A stretch of DNA of 64,000 bases, taken from the NCBI GenBank assembly GCA_039621445.1, contig CP154954.1, positions 20,322,642 through 20,386,641 on the forward strand, in the 5' to 3' direction. Position 1 is the stretch's first letter. The number at the start of each line of letters is the position of its first letter. This document shows positions 1-24,800 of this stretch, piece by piece. The notes under the pieces were generated by a model. The model saw nothing but the letters and a program-made list of their open reading frames with translations, was not told the DNA's origin and did not search any database. The position numbers and the translations under genes are program-made. The DNA comes from Euglena gracilis (Eukaryota).

Positions 1-224
1 TCCGAGGAGGCTCCGGGGAGGCTCCCCATGCGGCCCCCCTGGGGGCGCTCCGCGGTGGCAATGCGCTCCAGCAGGTGGCGGTTCTCCTCCGCCAGCGCCC
101 CGGAGTTCAGCCGCTCGAGGGCCGCGAGGCGGTGGTCGAGGTCCGCCTCCAGCGTGGCGTGGAGGCGGTGCTCCAGGTGGTGGATCCGCCGCACACCGCT
201 TTGCTCCCTTGGCGCACCAACCTC
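1..224 (-). CDS. GC-rich exon of an unidentified coiled-coil-like protein, runs off window
   Basis: Open minus frame EVGAPREQSGVRRIHHLEHRLHATLEADLDHRLAALERLNSGALAEENRHLLERIATAE... with strong GC3 bias. Confidence 0.7.
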
Positions 225-245
225 CCGGGCAGGGTTCGATATAGG

Positions 246-406
246 CAGGAGGGGGGGTCAGACCAGACTTTCATTTAGTGCGCCGCGGCGAAGTTTGCCG
301 CGGCGCAAAAAAAAATTTGAGCCGCGGTTACAAAATTTCCGGTGCCGCGGCGCAGAAAATTTTCTTTCCGCAGTGCACTAAATGAAAGTCTGGGTCGGAC
401 CCCCTG
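246..406. mobile_element. Palindromic MITE
   Basis: Inverted arms ccagactttcatttagtgc / gcactaaatgaaagtctgg, right end ccccctg; no TSD found. Confidence 0.6.
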
Positions 407-413
407 CAGTCTG

Positions 414-493
414 CAGGGTTTCTCACAAATTCATGCTAGGGGCCCTCAATTCTGATTTGTGAATATTCGTGGCACGAATTGGTGGGAACCCTG
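414..493. mobile_element. 80-bp CAGGG...CCCTG MITE
   Basis: TIR cagggtttctcacaaattc / gaattggtgggaaccctg; 7-bp TSD cagtctg/cagtgtg (1 mismatch). Confidence 0.65.
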
Positions 494-3300
494 CAGTGTG
501 CAAGGGGGGGGATATCCCCAACTCCTGCACAGTGGCGCGGTCAGGGTGACTGAAATTCGGCCCGGAGCGAAGCACCGGGCCGAAAAAGTTTGCCCCCAAA
601 ATCGGCCAAATCTGCCATGGGGCACATTTTGGGGCAAAAGAATCGCCAAAAATACCAAAAAATTTTCTGCGGAAAGTGCCGGCAGAAAAAAAAATGACCT
701 TTGGGGGGAGGGGTCGGGTATGCCCCCCCCGGGGTCGGCAGGCCTTTTTTAAGGCGTCTAAAAAAATCCTTAACCCGCCTCAAAATGCGCCTTAAATTTT
801 TTTTGCCAAATTACCTGAAATTGCCTTAAAGTGCCTCGAAAATTGGGGGGTTGGGGAATTTTCTTCAACCAAGCAAAAATGAAATGCGCAGAATCTCAGG
901 AAAAAATGGTTTCTGGCATCGCTGGATCATTGCCCATCTAACCAAATCTCCAAAAAATGCATTTTTTTGACTTTTTTTTTCCGATTTTGGACCACATGCA
1001 AAATCGAAACCGTTGGTTCGATGCCGGGACAGCCCTTCAACTGCCCTGGGAAATAACGTCTTAAAAAGCCTTAAAATGCCTTAAAAGCCTTTTTTCTATT
1101 AAAAAAAAATGCCTTAATATGCCTCAACATTTGGGGAAAAAATAGCCTGAAAAATAACAATAATGATCCCTGGTGGTTTTTGGACCCCCCTTCTGGTCCA
1201 GGAGGGAGGGGGTGGAGGAACACCCCCCTCTGACCCGTACACCGTCCATGTATCAAACCCTGGGGTGAGGTTTGTTTTGAGATCAATAGAGCAACCCCCC
1301 AGAAAACTTTCAAATAACAACATGTTGTCCACGTTTGAGCCCTTTCTGCCAAAAGAATTTGTTGAGTCGCACCAATGTTTTTTCCAGCTCCCGACTGCAC
1401 TGGGCTGGCCAAAAACTTTATTCCAACGGATCCTGGAGGGGGGGTCGGTAGGTAGCCTGGCTGGGAGCTGCTGACTGGGAAAAAAAAGGTGCTGGGCTGG
1501 ACCCTGTGGTCTCCGAATATAAGAAAACCCCTCGCTGTCGCTCTGAGGTAAAAAAAAAAAGCCCAGGGAAAAAATTGGACGGTTTTTCAAGGACATGAAA
1601 ACTTTGGATGTTCATGGGACAAAAGCAGGAATTATGACTGTCAAATTGAACTGAAAATCAAATCAGGAGGTACCAACACAAACATATGAATTTTCAGGCC
1701 TCGAAATTAGGAATCACCTCCAAATTGGCACCATTTTGTCAAAATGATGGAGAAAATGGGGAAAAATTTTTGGTGAAAATGTGGTGAGTTTTGGAGGCCA
1801 CAACTGAAAATACGGGGGGGGGGGAGGTGGCGGAATTTTCCTTTGCCAATTTGTTCACCCCAATTTTGTGCGCCTCTGATTTCCTCCCTGCAGGGGGGCT
1901 CCGAGGGACTCACGTCAGGGGGGTCAATTTTCGGACCAAACACCGAAAATCGCAAAATCAGAAAGTCGGTGAAACAAAAAGAAAAACCCCTGCGGGGGGG
2001 GGGGGGTTCGCATTTGACCCCTGAAGGGGGGTCAGTTGCAGGGCTGTATGGAAGGCCGGGTGGGGGGCGGTTGACCCCCCCACCCACAGGGTTGCGGGGA
2101 TTCCCATACAGCCCGGGTCAGGCCTTTTGGGCAAACCACGAAGCAAAGGTGTGGTCCGTTGCCGGGAGACCCGCTCCTCCTGCTGCACCTCCGTCAACAT
2201 CCGTCCCACCCAGGGAATGTCTCAAGCCCCCCCCCCCCCGGATTTCTCAAGCCCAACCCAGCCGGCTGAAAAAAGGTCCTGGCTGGAAAAAAGGTGCTGG
2301 CTGGACCGCCCTAGGGGGTGGGGGGTCCGGGGGGGATTCCTACCGGCTCCCAGGCTGGACCTGGAGGGAACCCCCAAAACCATCAAAAAAGCCTAAGTCC
2401 GGCTGGGTTGGATTCTTTTCAGCCAAAATTTGAGAATTCAAAAAAACAACCAAAACTGGACATCTTTGGCCATTTCGGACCCCTTTTTTCAAAAATTTCG
2501 GATTTTTCTTTTCGTCCAGCCCGGCTTTGGCAGCTGCGAAAACTTTATTACTGCTCCACCCTGGTGGTCCGCAGTGCGGCTAGGAGGTGCTGGCTGGGGG
2601 AAAAAGCTTGCTGGCTGGATCCCCAGGGGGGGGGGGGGGCGGGATGGAGGGGTCCAGCTTTTGAGATTCCCTGGCCCCACCTCCTCCTGGATTGGCCACG
2701 GGGCTTTGTTGCGACAAAAGGGTCGTCTAACGCTTCCCAAAAATAACCAAAAACCATAATCAACTTTCAATGACCTTGGGAACCAATACCCCGCATCAAC
2801 AGAAAAGAAATCAATTTGAAAAATTGAAGATTTCCATTCATCGGGAATCCAAATACCAATAACGAGCCATTTTTTTTCAATTCCACTCAACAAAGTCCCA
2901 AATCCAATGAAATGATGCTCCCAATGGTTGATGAGGCTTTGTTCTGGAGTCTCTGGCGGAAAAAAATCCACATGGAATGCAAGAAAACACAGCATTGAAA
3001 TTCATTGAGGGACAACAAACCAGAATTTTTTTTCAACCCTACAGGGGAGATTGTGCTATGGGGTGCCTGGACATTCACAGATGGGCATGTGTTATTGAAA
3101 AAAATAATAGTAACAATAATCGGCCATCCTTTCCATGGAATTTTTTACCGACCCCGGGGGGGGGTCACTCCACTCTTCGGAAAACCAGTCAGTCACCTTT
3201 TTTGGGGGAAACCAGTCAGTCACTACCCCCGGGGGGGGGGGGGTCGGCCACTCTGGAATCCAAAGGAAATTTGACCAAGAACATGAAAGCGCCTTCGGCG

Positions 3301-3563
3301 CAGGGGTTTTTTTTTTAAGGCCGGGGGGGCCCCCCCCCCACCCACCCCCCCACCCCATGGGGGGGGGGGGGTCCTGGGGGACCCACAAAAAAATGGCCGA
3401 AAATCACACAAAGTGCTAAAAATAGCATCCTTCCAAAATTTTTCGGCGCCGAAAAACATATCCACCCCCCTCCGGGGGGACCCCCCAGGGGGGGCTCGGC
3501 TGGACCCACGCACCCCACCCCCCCTCCCCCCTCCCCCGGGGGTCCACGACAAAAAAACCCCTG
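3301..3563. mobile_element. hAT-like MITE, family A
   Basis: TIR caggggttttttt / aaaaaaacccctg; perfect 8-bp TSD cttcggcg. Confidence 0.9.
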
Positions 3564-3784
3564 CTTCGGCGCCGGGTCACTTTAGTGGTTTTTTGCCGAC
3601 CCCCCCCCGGGGGTCCGGACCAAAAACCAGTCAGTCACTCTGAAAAAACTAGTCACCCACCCCCCCCGGGGGGGGGGGGTCGGCCAGTGACTAAGTGATT
3701 GCATAATCCTTTCTTTCGCATGATGGAATTCCCCAAAAATTGGAGAGGAGAGATCACACGGGGAAGAATTCACTCAACACCAAT

Positions 3785-4007
3785 CAGGCTTCTTTTTAAG
3801 ACCCCGGGGGGGGGGGGCGGGGACCCCCCCAAAATCGGGCCCGTTAAAGGCAATTTTCAAAAAATTTCGGCGCTTCGTGCCGAAAAGGTATACCCACCGC
3901 CTCCGGCGCGGGACCCCCTCCAGGGGGGGGGGGGGGGCCGGCCCGGACCCACCCACCCACCCCCCCTCCCCCCGGAGGGGGGGTCTTCTGACTTAAAAAG
4001 AAGCCTG
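3785..4007. mobile_element. hAT-like MITE
   Basis: Perfect 16-bp TIR caggcttctttttaag; 8-bp TSD acaccaat. Confidence 0.92.
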
Positions 4008-6457
4008 ACACCAATTTGCACAAAAAAATTGGGTTGTGACCGTTGCATTTGCATTGCGAACACAATCCTGTCCTGGTGGAATTTCCTTGAGGACGCTTGC
4101 AAAGAAGATATTTTCTTGAGATCCCATACACCAAGCCCCTCACCCCCCTCCCCGGGTCAACAACTTTTTCAAAATATCTGTTGCACTATGGATATTTCCC
4201 ACACAGGGGTTCATGCCCACGATGCAAAGTATGGAAAGGCCCCGCAGCATGCAAAAAATCATCTGCTGTGACCATGGCCACATCGTGCGTGTCCGCCTTC
4301 GGCCCAGAACAGGCCATTTCTGTATGAAACTTCATAATCAACTTCCAGCAAAAAAAAGTTCAGAATTTCAGAGTCCAGCTGATGGATTGAGGAACAGCCC
4401 GGTCCTGATATTGCCAGCAGCCCCACATGTGCAGCAGCCAGCCAACCCGCTGGCAGTGTGAAATCCTCATGTGTATGCACGAGGGCACAAGGCTGATACA
4501 CACCCCGGCTCCAGGGGTCAACCTCTACAAGGGCGTGTTTCCAGGGCTGCCTTGGGCAATTGTAATGGGACTTGACAGTTGGCTGTTGCAATCAACCGGT
4601 GCAAAACTGGACCCCGACGTTTGGGCACCTCGAGAGCAGATTTTTGCTGAAGGACCTGGGGGGTCACCGTCTAGACACTAGAGAAAAAAGCCACTGGCTT
4701 GGTCCAGGGGGCTCCCAACTGGATAAAAATTTCGGCCCTGCACGCCACGGTGGAAATGAGGTTTTACAACTGTTTTTGGCTGATTTCGTTCCCAAAAAAA
4801 ATACCAAACATGGCCAAAAACGAGCATTGTGGCACGCATCAGGGCCCTCAAAAAAATTCGGCACTTCATGCTGGTCACTGGCAGGCTATTGCTCAAAGAC
4901 TCGGGGGGGGGGAGGTGCACTGGCTCGCCAGTTTGCTTGATAATGGATAAAAGGGACCAGCTTGACCCCCTCCCCAGAGCAGAACGGGAAAGCCTGGTGG
5001 GGGGGGGGTGGTCGACCCCCCCCCACCCGGGAGTTGGGGGGGGGGGGGCGGGTCGACCCCCCCCACCCACCACAGCATTTTCATCAATTTCGGCCAACGG
5101 GGACGTTGGCCGGGGGAAATTTTTGAATTTTTTTTGAAAAACGAACCCAAAATACATGATTTTTTTATGGAAAACCACATTTTTCACAAAAAAAATCTCA
5201 AAATTTTCAGGTTGAAAATTGGTAGTTTTCAGGAGGGGGTTAAAAAAAAACAAAGCTCAAAAAAATAACAAAATTTTGGCACAGTCCAATTTTACTGAGA
5301 TTTTTTCTCTTGGAATTTTTCTGATTTTCAAAGGCTTTTTTTGCATCAAAAACCGCTCACAAGGTTGGGTTTTGTTTTTGTATTTTTGGGGGGGTCCCAA
5401 AATCGACCCAAAGATTTTGGGGGGGGGGGGTACACAAAAATCAAAATTTTGGGTCTCCATTGACGATGAGAGAAAACCACGGGAAACAATGGTCAACATC
5501 CGCAAAGTCACAAAGGGGCTGTCGCTCAGAGTTGTCCTGAACACTCCCCGTCTGCTTGAAACAGTTTCTGGCGTTTTTTTTCTCATAGTCAGACCTTCTT
5601 AGTTTAGTTAGTACAGTTTTGGATCCTGAAATTTTTTTGGGGCCACAAGGCCTTTCAAAATGCCCCAAAATGCAAATTTTCTGTTCTAGACATGTAAAAA
5701 CCCCCCAAACTGAAAATAATAGTCTGGATTCCAACGATCACCCCTTATCAGAATCCACAATTTTGTTGTACTATCCCCCCCGGTGTATAAACACCGGCCT
5801 TGTATAAGCACTGCCCCCCCCCCCCGGTGCGCTTCCATCCTTTTGGACGCGTTGGACAGGAATCCTGCATTGCATGTGGGGGTCGGTGGTTCGATTCCGG
5901 CTGCAGCCCCAGGGATTATTTAAGGCCGCACCCCCGGCGGGGAGGGGGGGTTGGGGTGGGTCCGGCCGGACCCCCCCCGGGGGGCCCAGAGGGGGGGTGA
6001 GATATACTTTTTGGCGCCGCAGGCGCAGAAAATTTTTAAAAGGCTTTTCTTGGCCAAAATCAGCCTTTTTTTTAGGTGGTTAAGGGTTAAGGGTTAAATT
6101 TTTCAAAGAGGGGGTCCCAAAAATACAAATTTTGGGTGTTTTTGGGGGGGTACCCAAAAAACAAAATTTTGGGGGGGGGACCCAAAACCCAAAACCCAAC
6201 CTTGCCGCTCAAAATCAAAATTTTGAGAAAATGTTGATATTTTGGAAGGTGTGAAAAAAATGGGGTTTTGGGGGGACCTCGTGTAAGGGTCCCAAAATGG
6301 GTCCCCAAAAAACACCCAGTGCCGGGAAGAGGTGGTGGGGGGGGGTCGACCCCCCCACCCACCATGCAGGGGGAGGGGGGGACGACCCCCCCCCACCCAC
6401 CACCCTGGCCGCGAGGCCGTTTCCCGTTCTGCCCCCCCCCGGGGGGGGGGGGTTGTA

Positions 6458-6877
6458 AACCCCCCCCCAAAAATAAGACCCGGGTCTTATTTTTGGGTCC
6501 GTTGCTGGAAACCTCCAGGGGGGGTCTTATTTTTGGGGGGGGTCTTATTTTTGGATTTTTGCTTGACCGACCCGGGCCCGAAAAAAACATCATTTTTCAG
6601 GTTCCCAAAAACACTAAAAATTTTCCTTCGGCGCTTCGCGCCATGTGCAAATTTGTGTAAGTTGACATTTAGCATGTTTTTTAAACTTCAAGAATCTGAA
6701 ATTTTTTGAAATTTCATCATTTTTGTGTGTGAAATTTGGGTTTTTGGCAATTTCTCAGGGAAAATTTTCACCGTCCCCGGCGCTTCGCGCCGTCAGGGGG
6801 GGTCTTATTTATGGGGGGGGTCTTATTTTTGGGGGGGGTCTTATTTTTGGGGGGGGTCTTATTTTTGGGGGGGGGTT
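6458..6877. mobile_element. TA-flanked MITE with 18-bp ggtcttattttgggggg repeats
   Basis: TIR aacccccccaaaaataagacc; near-identical copy at 35809-36267. Confidence 0.85.
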
Positions 6878-7619
6878 TATGGGAAGAGGAATGAAGGGGG
6901 GAGTCAGACCATTGACCCCCACCACCTGCCTCAATACAAACAGGCTTCCCAAAAAATACAAAAAAAAACACAAAAAAATGCAAGTAGCATGTGGAGAGGA
7001 CTTGGAGAGGAGCTTTCAGCTCCATCAGGAATTTTTTCATTTGCATAAAAATAAGCATTTTGTTGACCAAAAAATGCAAAAAAAATGGCAAAGAATTGAC
7101 AAAATTTTGATCTCATGGGAAATCAGGGCCAAAACGAGGAATTTTTCAAAGTCCAAATTTTTTCCAGCAAAAACCCAAAAATCGCCAGAAAAAAACGCAT
7201 TAAGCCACCTGAGGCTATGCGCAGTTTGGATATTTGTATGTGGAATTATTTGAAGTCGGAATGATTTCCCAGCAGAAGTTGCCAAATTTTGTCAAAATTT
7301 TTAAAAATTGGCAAAATTTGGCAAATCTGCAACAAAAAAAACAAAAAGCACCTGGGTTCCCTTATGCACCGTTCAAGGAATGGCCGGAACTCATTTCGTC
7401 TTTCAGGTTCATGCGGAAAAAATTGCAGAAAGGGAGGAAACTGTGAGGAAATTGCGGGAAACTCGCGGGAAAATTGCTGAATATTGCAGAAAATTGTGGA
7501 AAATCGTGGAAACGGCGGGAAAATTGCGCACATCAATTTCCCCCTGCAAATGTCCCCATGTATTTAGGGACATAAAAGCATCTGATAGGGTGGGGTGAGA
7601 AATATTTTTGCCACTGTGT

Positions 7620-19035
<11,416 letters not shown>

Positions 19036-19040
19036 CGGCC

Positions 19041-19065
19041 CTCTGTATCAAAATCAATCAGATGC
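19041..19065 (-). promoter_or_regulatory. Candidate spliced-leader trans-splice acceptor just upstream of the ATG
   Basis: CTGATTGATTTTGATACAG|AGGGCCGATG: CAG 7 nt before ATG with T-rich upstream tract; SL trans-splicing is general in Euglenozoa. Confidence 0.45.
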
Positions 19066-19484
19066 GGGCGTTTGGCAGCATCGGAGGGCTGCAAGTATGG
19101 GCATGAAAAATGTCTGCGGACATGGAAAGGAAATAGATATAGATAGATAGAGGGTGGAAAACACACAAAAAAAACTTCAGGGCTGAAGTAATGTGAATCA
19201 AAAAAAATGAAACTGATTTTTTATGTCACTGAATCGGTTTGATTTGGGGAGAGGGATTCCGCCAAGGGAAAAGATCATCCCTCAAAATAAAGTGGGTGCG
19301 ATTGAATTAAATGACAAAAAAAAATGAAAACATGCCAAAGAAATCAAAATGACAAAAAAAATTGGCAATGGGATTGTATATTCATACTGTAAAAGACATA
19401 TACGTGCACGCAATGACGCAATATTGTATGCACTCATGCCTGAAATACGTACATATGCACGCACACATGCGCATATGCATACAT

Positions 19485-19552
<68 letters not shown>

Positions 19553-19561
19553 CACACACAC
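19485..19561. repeat. (CA)n microsatellite
   Basis: Direct read. Confidence 0.97.
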
Positions 19562-21572
19562 CATATATTACACCGAAAAAGAACAAATACTTCATTTTTG
19601 GTCCAATGCACAGCGACAAAAAAATCCAATAACTCCCAACTACTAGCCAAAAAAGTATAAAAAAAACAGCAATCAAACAAAAGTTCTCTTTATTGAAAGG
19701 TACGCATTTGTTTCTGTGGGGCATGAAGGCACCCAAAACGAAATGCTGAAAATGCAAGAAAATAAAAAAAATGTCGCACAGAGATTCCTTCGGATTTGGC
19801 GTAACACATTTTGGGTGCGTTTGGGGGGGGGGATATTGGCAACATTCTGTGGTTTTTTGTGTATATTGTGTATTTTTCCAGGCAAATTTTCAATTCTTGC
19901 TGAGGATCATTTTCGACATAAAAAAATTCTGCTTTTTTTTAGATTTTCTCTGCCCTTTGATTAGACAGTGTGCATAGTAATCGACACCATCACTACTATT
20001 ATTAGATATAAGTACTATACTGCACCGGGTCTGAAAAAACAAGCTCAGGCGGCGCATGTCTCACTTCAGGATTTTTTTCTTTGTCGATGTGCACAACTGC
20101 ACAAATCGACATTTTCTTCAAAAAAAACACTGAAGTGCCTAAAAGTTAGAAAACACGAAGGTTTAACTAGTTATCCTAACGAGTTGTGTGTTACATCCGG
20201 AGCGACAGATTTGTATTCTTGTCAGTCAAGAAGGCGGGTCATATACCCTGGCTGTGACGGCTATGGGTTTTGGTTTGTCCGCTCCACATGCATTGCTGAT
20301 TACTGTTTGATGGGGACCGACTTTCCACCATTTAAACAATGTGATGCGCAGTAAAACTAGACGATGATTGTGGCATAAAAACCTTTCCGGAACGCTGCCG
20401 CCATCAACGGACCGAAGTATGTCTTTACCAATGGAAAATTCACGTGAAACAAATTTATGAAGTGAGGGTTGATGTGTGCATTTGTGCACACCAACCACAT
20501 GTGTATTTTGTGTAAATGGTGGAAAATGTGCGCATTTGCACACATTGACCACTTGTGTATTTGTAGATGGTCGATGTGCATAAATGCGCACACCAACCAT
20601 CAACAAATGCACGAGTGGCTGATGTGCGCATTTGCACACACCAACTGCTTACACAAAATTTACGTGGTTGGTGTGGGCAAATGTGTGAATGGTTGATGTG
20701 CGCATTTGCGCACATCAACCACGTGTCGACATGGAGCACATTACCACATGAAACAAAACACCTGCCTTTTTTGGTTCTCGAAGTAAAGATTAGGGTGAAG
20801 ATTTTGAATGGGCACCATTGTAAGGATTTTGCACGAACCTTTGTTATACCTCCGTCCACGGAGTGACCTTCGTCCTTGACAGTCAGTTGATGTGCGCACC
20901 TGCGCACGCTGATCTTCGTCCTTGACAGTTGACATGCGCACTTGCGCACATGGACCATTGTGGACGAAAAACTCTTGAATCTGTTGTGTGGTGAAAAAAT
21001 TCTGGCTTTAGGTTATGCAAAATGTTCAGTAGAACATGGTCCATGACAGGAGAAAATTTGTTTTTAGGGCAAGCTTGTATGTCTTATCTCCAACCCGCAT
21101 GACCGGTCGTTTTCGCATCATCAATTTGGAAGTAGCAGGGGAGAAATTAATGACGTATAAACCCCCAATAATTGTTGTTGGGTTTTCTTCAAAATAACGA
21201 CTTCCAGAATTTTAAATTGCATTTTTGTTCTTCGCAGATGTCAAATTGCATGCAACCATTGGTATTCAGCACCTGGATAATTGTGCACAAAACTGGTTAA
21301 AAAAAAACTGTGGTAAAAAAAAGAGAGAACAATGATTCTCGGCCAAGGCATTAGGAAGGTTACACAGTGAGCTTTGAGCATAATGATGCTGCAATGCATG
21401 ATGCTGCAATCATCCATTTGTTGTCATGGGCAGTGTGCTCCCCCCCCCAGTCTGCCGTCCCGGGTGTGGGGGATAACATGGCCACGTCGGTGGCTGCATG
21501 CATTGGGGGGTTGATGACGACCTTCAGCTGCTGAAGCGCGATCACCCGTCGTCACCTGATGTGACTGTTGAA

Positions 21573-21859
21573 CAGGGGGTTTTTTTATGACCGGGAGGAA
21601 GGGGGGGTCCCCCCACCCACCCACCCCTGTAGGGGCCCCCAGGGGGGGGGGGGTCCCGGGGGACCCACAAAAAATGGGTGAAAATCGCGAAAAGTGCTAA
21701 AAAAAATAGCACTTTTTCAAAAAATTTCGGCGCCATCGGCGCCGAAAAGTATATCCCACCCCCCTCCGGGGGGACCCCCCCCTGGGGGGGGGGGGGGGTT
21801 CGACCGGACCCACCCACCCTACCCCCCCCCCGAGGGTCCACGGCTGAAAAAAACCCCTG
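21573..21859. mobile_element. hAT-like MITE, family A second copy
   Basis: Same TIR type and interior as 3301-3563; perfect 8-bp TSD ctgttgaa. Confidence 0.9.
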
Positions 21860-24800
21860 CTGTTGAAGCAAAATGCAAGCCAGGGGGCGAGCAGGGGGGG
21901 GTTCGAGGGTCCACCCATTGCCCAAGCGGTGCCGTTGGACGTGTGCCGCGAGGTGCAAGCGGTGGGCCACCTACTAAAGGTCTGCGGTGTCCACCTGGAC
22001 CTAGCCTGTCACTGGAAAAAAAAACGCCCCAAAATAAACTTCATGGTGGAGGAGAGCGTGTGGACCATTGCAGGTGGTGTTTGGAGTCGTTTTTGATGTG
22101 TTTTGTCTGAAATTTTATTGTTGTGGTTGGTGTGTGCAAATGCGCACGTTGTAATGGTGTGCCCATTTCGCACTCCGACGACATGCATCTTTACACATGT
22201 GGTCAGCGTGCACAAGTGTGCATGTCGACCACGTGCGCATTTGCGCAAAACTGACCACATTTTTTATTCCGACGAGGTGCTTGATACCAAGTGTTTTTTC
22301 AATGCATTTCTGTCTGTTTTCTGAGTGAGACTGCATTGTAAGACCTTCTGGTTGTTGTTGTTTCGAAAGGCTCAGGGGAGCGAGGCTGTTCATGTGCGTG
22401 ATAGTTGATTGCATCAATGTGCTCAATTTCGCACATTGACCACTCTGAGGTTACAACGGCCATAAATACCCCAGGATTCCCCGGTGGAAACGGCGCGACA
22501 AACACCATGAGTTTGGGAGAGACCATGAGGTCGATTTGCGCAAATGCGCACACCATCGATGTTTGTGCAAACCGACGTCATGTATATTTGTGCAAAGGTC
22601 GACATTCTTCCTTTATTCGAACCATGGCAATAAATCATTGCAGTGAAAGTTGTGTGATCCCCTCCCCCGTTGCATCACAACACAATCTGGAGGAACACAT
22701 CCCCGTAGAAAATTGGGTGGGGACTCCCGACCCTTCCCTCCCCTTTGGACCACTTTACCTGCACATCACTTCAACCTGTACAGGTCTTCACAAAATCCCC
22801 GGGCATGCCTCTTTCCCTGCAACCCTTCCCCCCCCCCAAACCCTGCATCCTTGTTCCCCACGCTCCAGCAAACGCCAAAAAAAAAACCAAGACCGGAAAA
22901 AATAAAAAAATAGTGTGCCAAAACCCCCCGGAGGGAGACACCACCATCTGCCGACAACTGGTGAAGAGAGCCGCAGCACCCAAACATTCCCCGTTTTAGG
23001 CCATTTAAGGCCATTTTAGGCCATTTTAGGCCATTTTAAGGTATAGGTGAGGGTTCTGGAAATCATAATTTTTCGTCAATTTTGTCCCAAAAACTGTATC
23101 ATAACGTGTGCAAACCTTCTCTTATTCAGTAATAAGAAATGTACATACAAAAAGCATGCAAAATTCATGAACAATGTATCAAAACCATGACCAACAAATC
23201 TTAATTCATACCCATAGAGGAATTCTGAACAGTAAGAAATTATGGCAGTGAAAATTTTTCAAAAAAACGTTTGACAAATATTAAAAGTTTTTATTTGCGC
23301 AACCAAAAAAGCGCCCAGTTTTTTGTATTTTGTGAAATCTACGCCATTTTGCAGGATTTCGCAAAAAGAAGCCATTTTTCTGAAAGATGATGCTGTTGCA
23401 TGGTGAAATTCAATTTGAGAGCTGAGCAAAGCTGAGATCAATTCCTCTTCTCCGTGTTTGTTTTCCCCTTTGGGGAATTCATAAACAGGAGAGAATCTCA
23501 TTCATAATTGTTTGTGGTTGTTTGGGTCACTTGATCACTCGGCGTGATTATTTGTGGTTTTGGAAAATCCCCAAAATTGTGCTGGTTCGTGATTTGAAGG
23601 AATCCCTGGTACGCAACAAAACAAATGAGCATGCACATCTTTCAATTGAGATGTTCCAACATCTTTTGTCTTTCTTTCCCTGTCTTTTTCCCCATGCTTC
23701 CAAATTTGCACTGTTTCATTATTTGCAAAACAGACATCGTTGCGCACCAAAAAAGATGGGAGTAAGAAAAAAATCCAGCTGCCCAAACCTTCAAAATTCA
23801 AATACGAAAAGAAGGTTGGGGATCATGGGGACTGATACTGATACTCGCAATGAATTGCCACCTGTCTCAAAAATTTTGCCACTGTCTCAAAGTATGACTG
23901 CAATCTTCTCAAAAGCAATTGCCACTTGTCTGATAATCAGAAAAAAAGAAGTGTCCATTGGGATGGACAGTCAAAGAAAGTCATCCGACAGCCCCGTCAG
24001 GAGGGCCCACATTTTAGGCAAATCCCTGGCCAACACATGACCCATGACCCATGACGAGCATTATTCGGATCAGACATGGATGCAAGAGAAAAAGACTCTT
24101 ATGAAACAGAAACTTGTCTTCCAAACACAACTGTCATGAGGGCATTCATTCTTGAGAAAAACGGCAATTGCTTTCAGAAATTTGTTTTGAGAAAACTGAC
24201 AATTGTTTGGAGAAAATTGGCAAGGTTGCAAGACAAATTTAGAGATAATTGACCAATTACAATTGAGAAAACTGGCAGTTATTTTGATTTTGATACATAT
24301 TCCGCAACCAGATGTAACAAAAGACACCGAAAATAATTACCTGAATGGCGTCAGTTGTTCACAAAAAAAATTGTTGTGCAACAGAATTTTTCCCATTATA
24401 GGCCATTTTGGGCCATTTTAGGCCATTTTAGGCCATTTTAGGGACCCCCACTGATAGGGCGTCAAAAAGTCATTTTGGGCCATTTTGGGCATTTTAGGCC
24501 ATTTTAGGCCATTTTAGCTATAGGTGCCTGGTTCCAGCCACAAAAAAAAATCCCCCCCAAAAAACACGTAAATCCCGGGAATGCCAAGGCCAAAAATAAG
24601 CATTCGCTCGGATTTCCTCCAACCGTGCTCCCTCTCGCTCTCACCCCTTGCAACGCCGGCGCCAATATCAGATTTTGGTCGGAGTGCGAGAATGCGCAAA
24701 AAAAAGCTTAAGTGCGAAATGCGCCGCCTAAGACAAAATCAGAAATGATTCACGCCAATTATCCAAGTAATTCATCATTAAGAGTCATCCAATTATTCTC

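Noticed and set aside
28-381. Plus-strand ORFs 28-381 and 75-278
   Set aside because: Antisense shadows of the GC3-rich minus-strand exon
1071-3700. Numerous Gly/Pro/Lys/Phe-rich ORFs (and similar ones throughout the window)
   Set aside because: They arise from G/C/A/T homopolymer runs in MITEs and lack coding codon bias
19282-19757. HT/CV-repeat ORFs
   Set aside because: Translation of the (CA)n microsatellite
21430-22010. GC-rich segment as NSUN2 5' exons or an RT fragment (GVDDD, KVCGVHLD)
   Set aside because: NSUN2 already has a plausible start at 19035, the motifs are too weak and in different frames, and the segment lies inside a larger repeat
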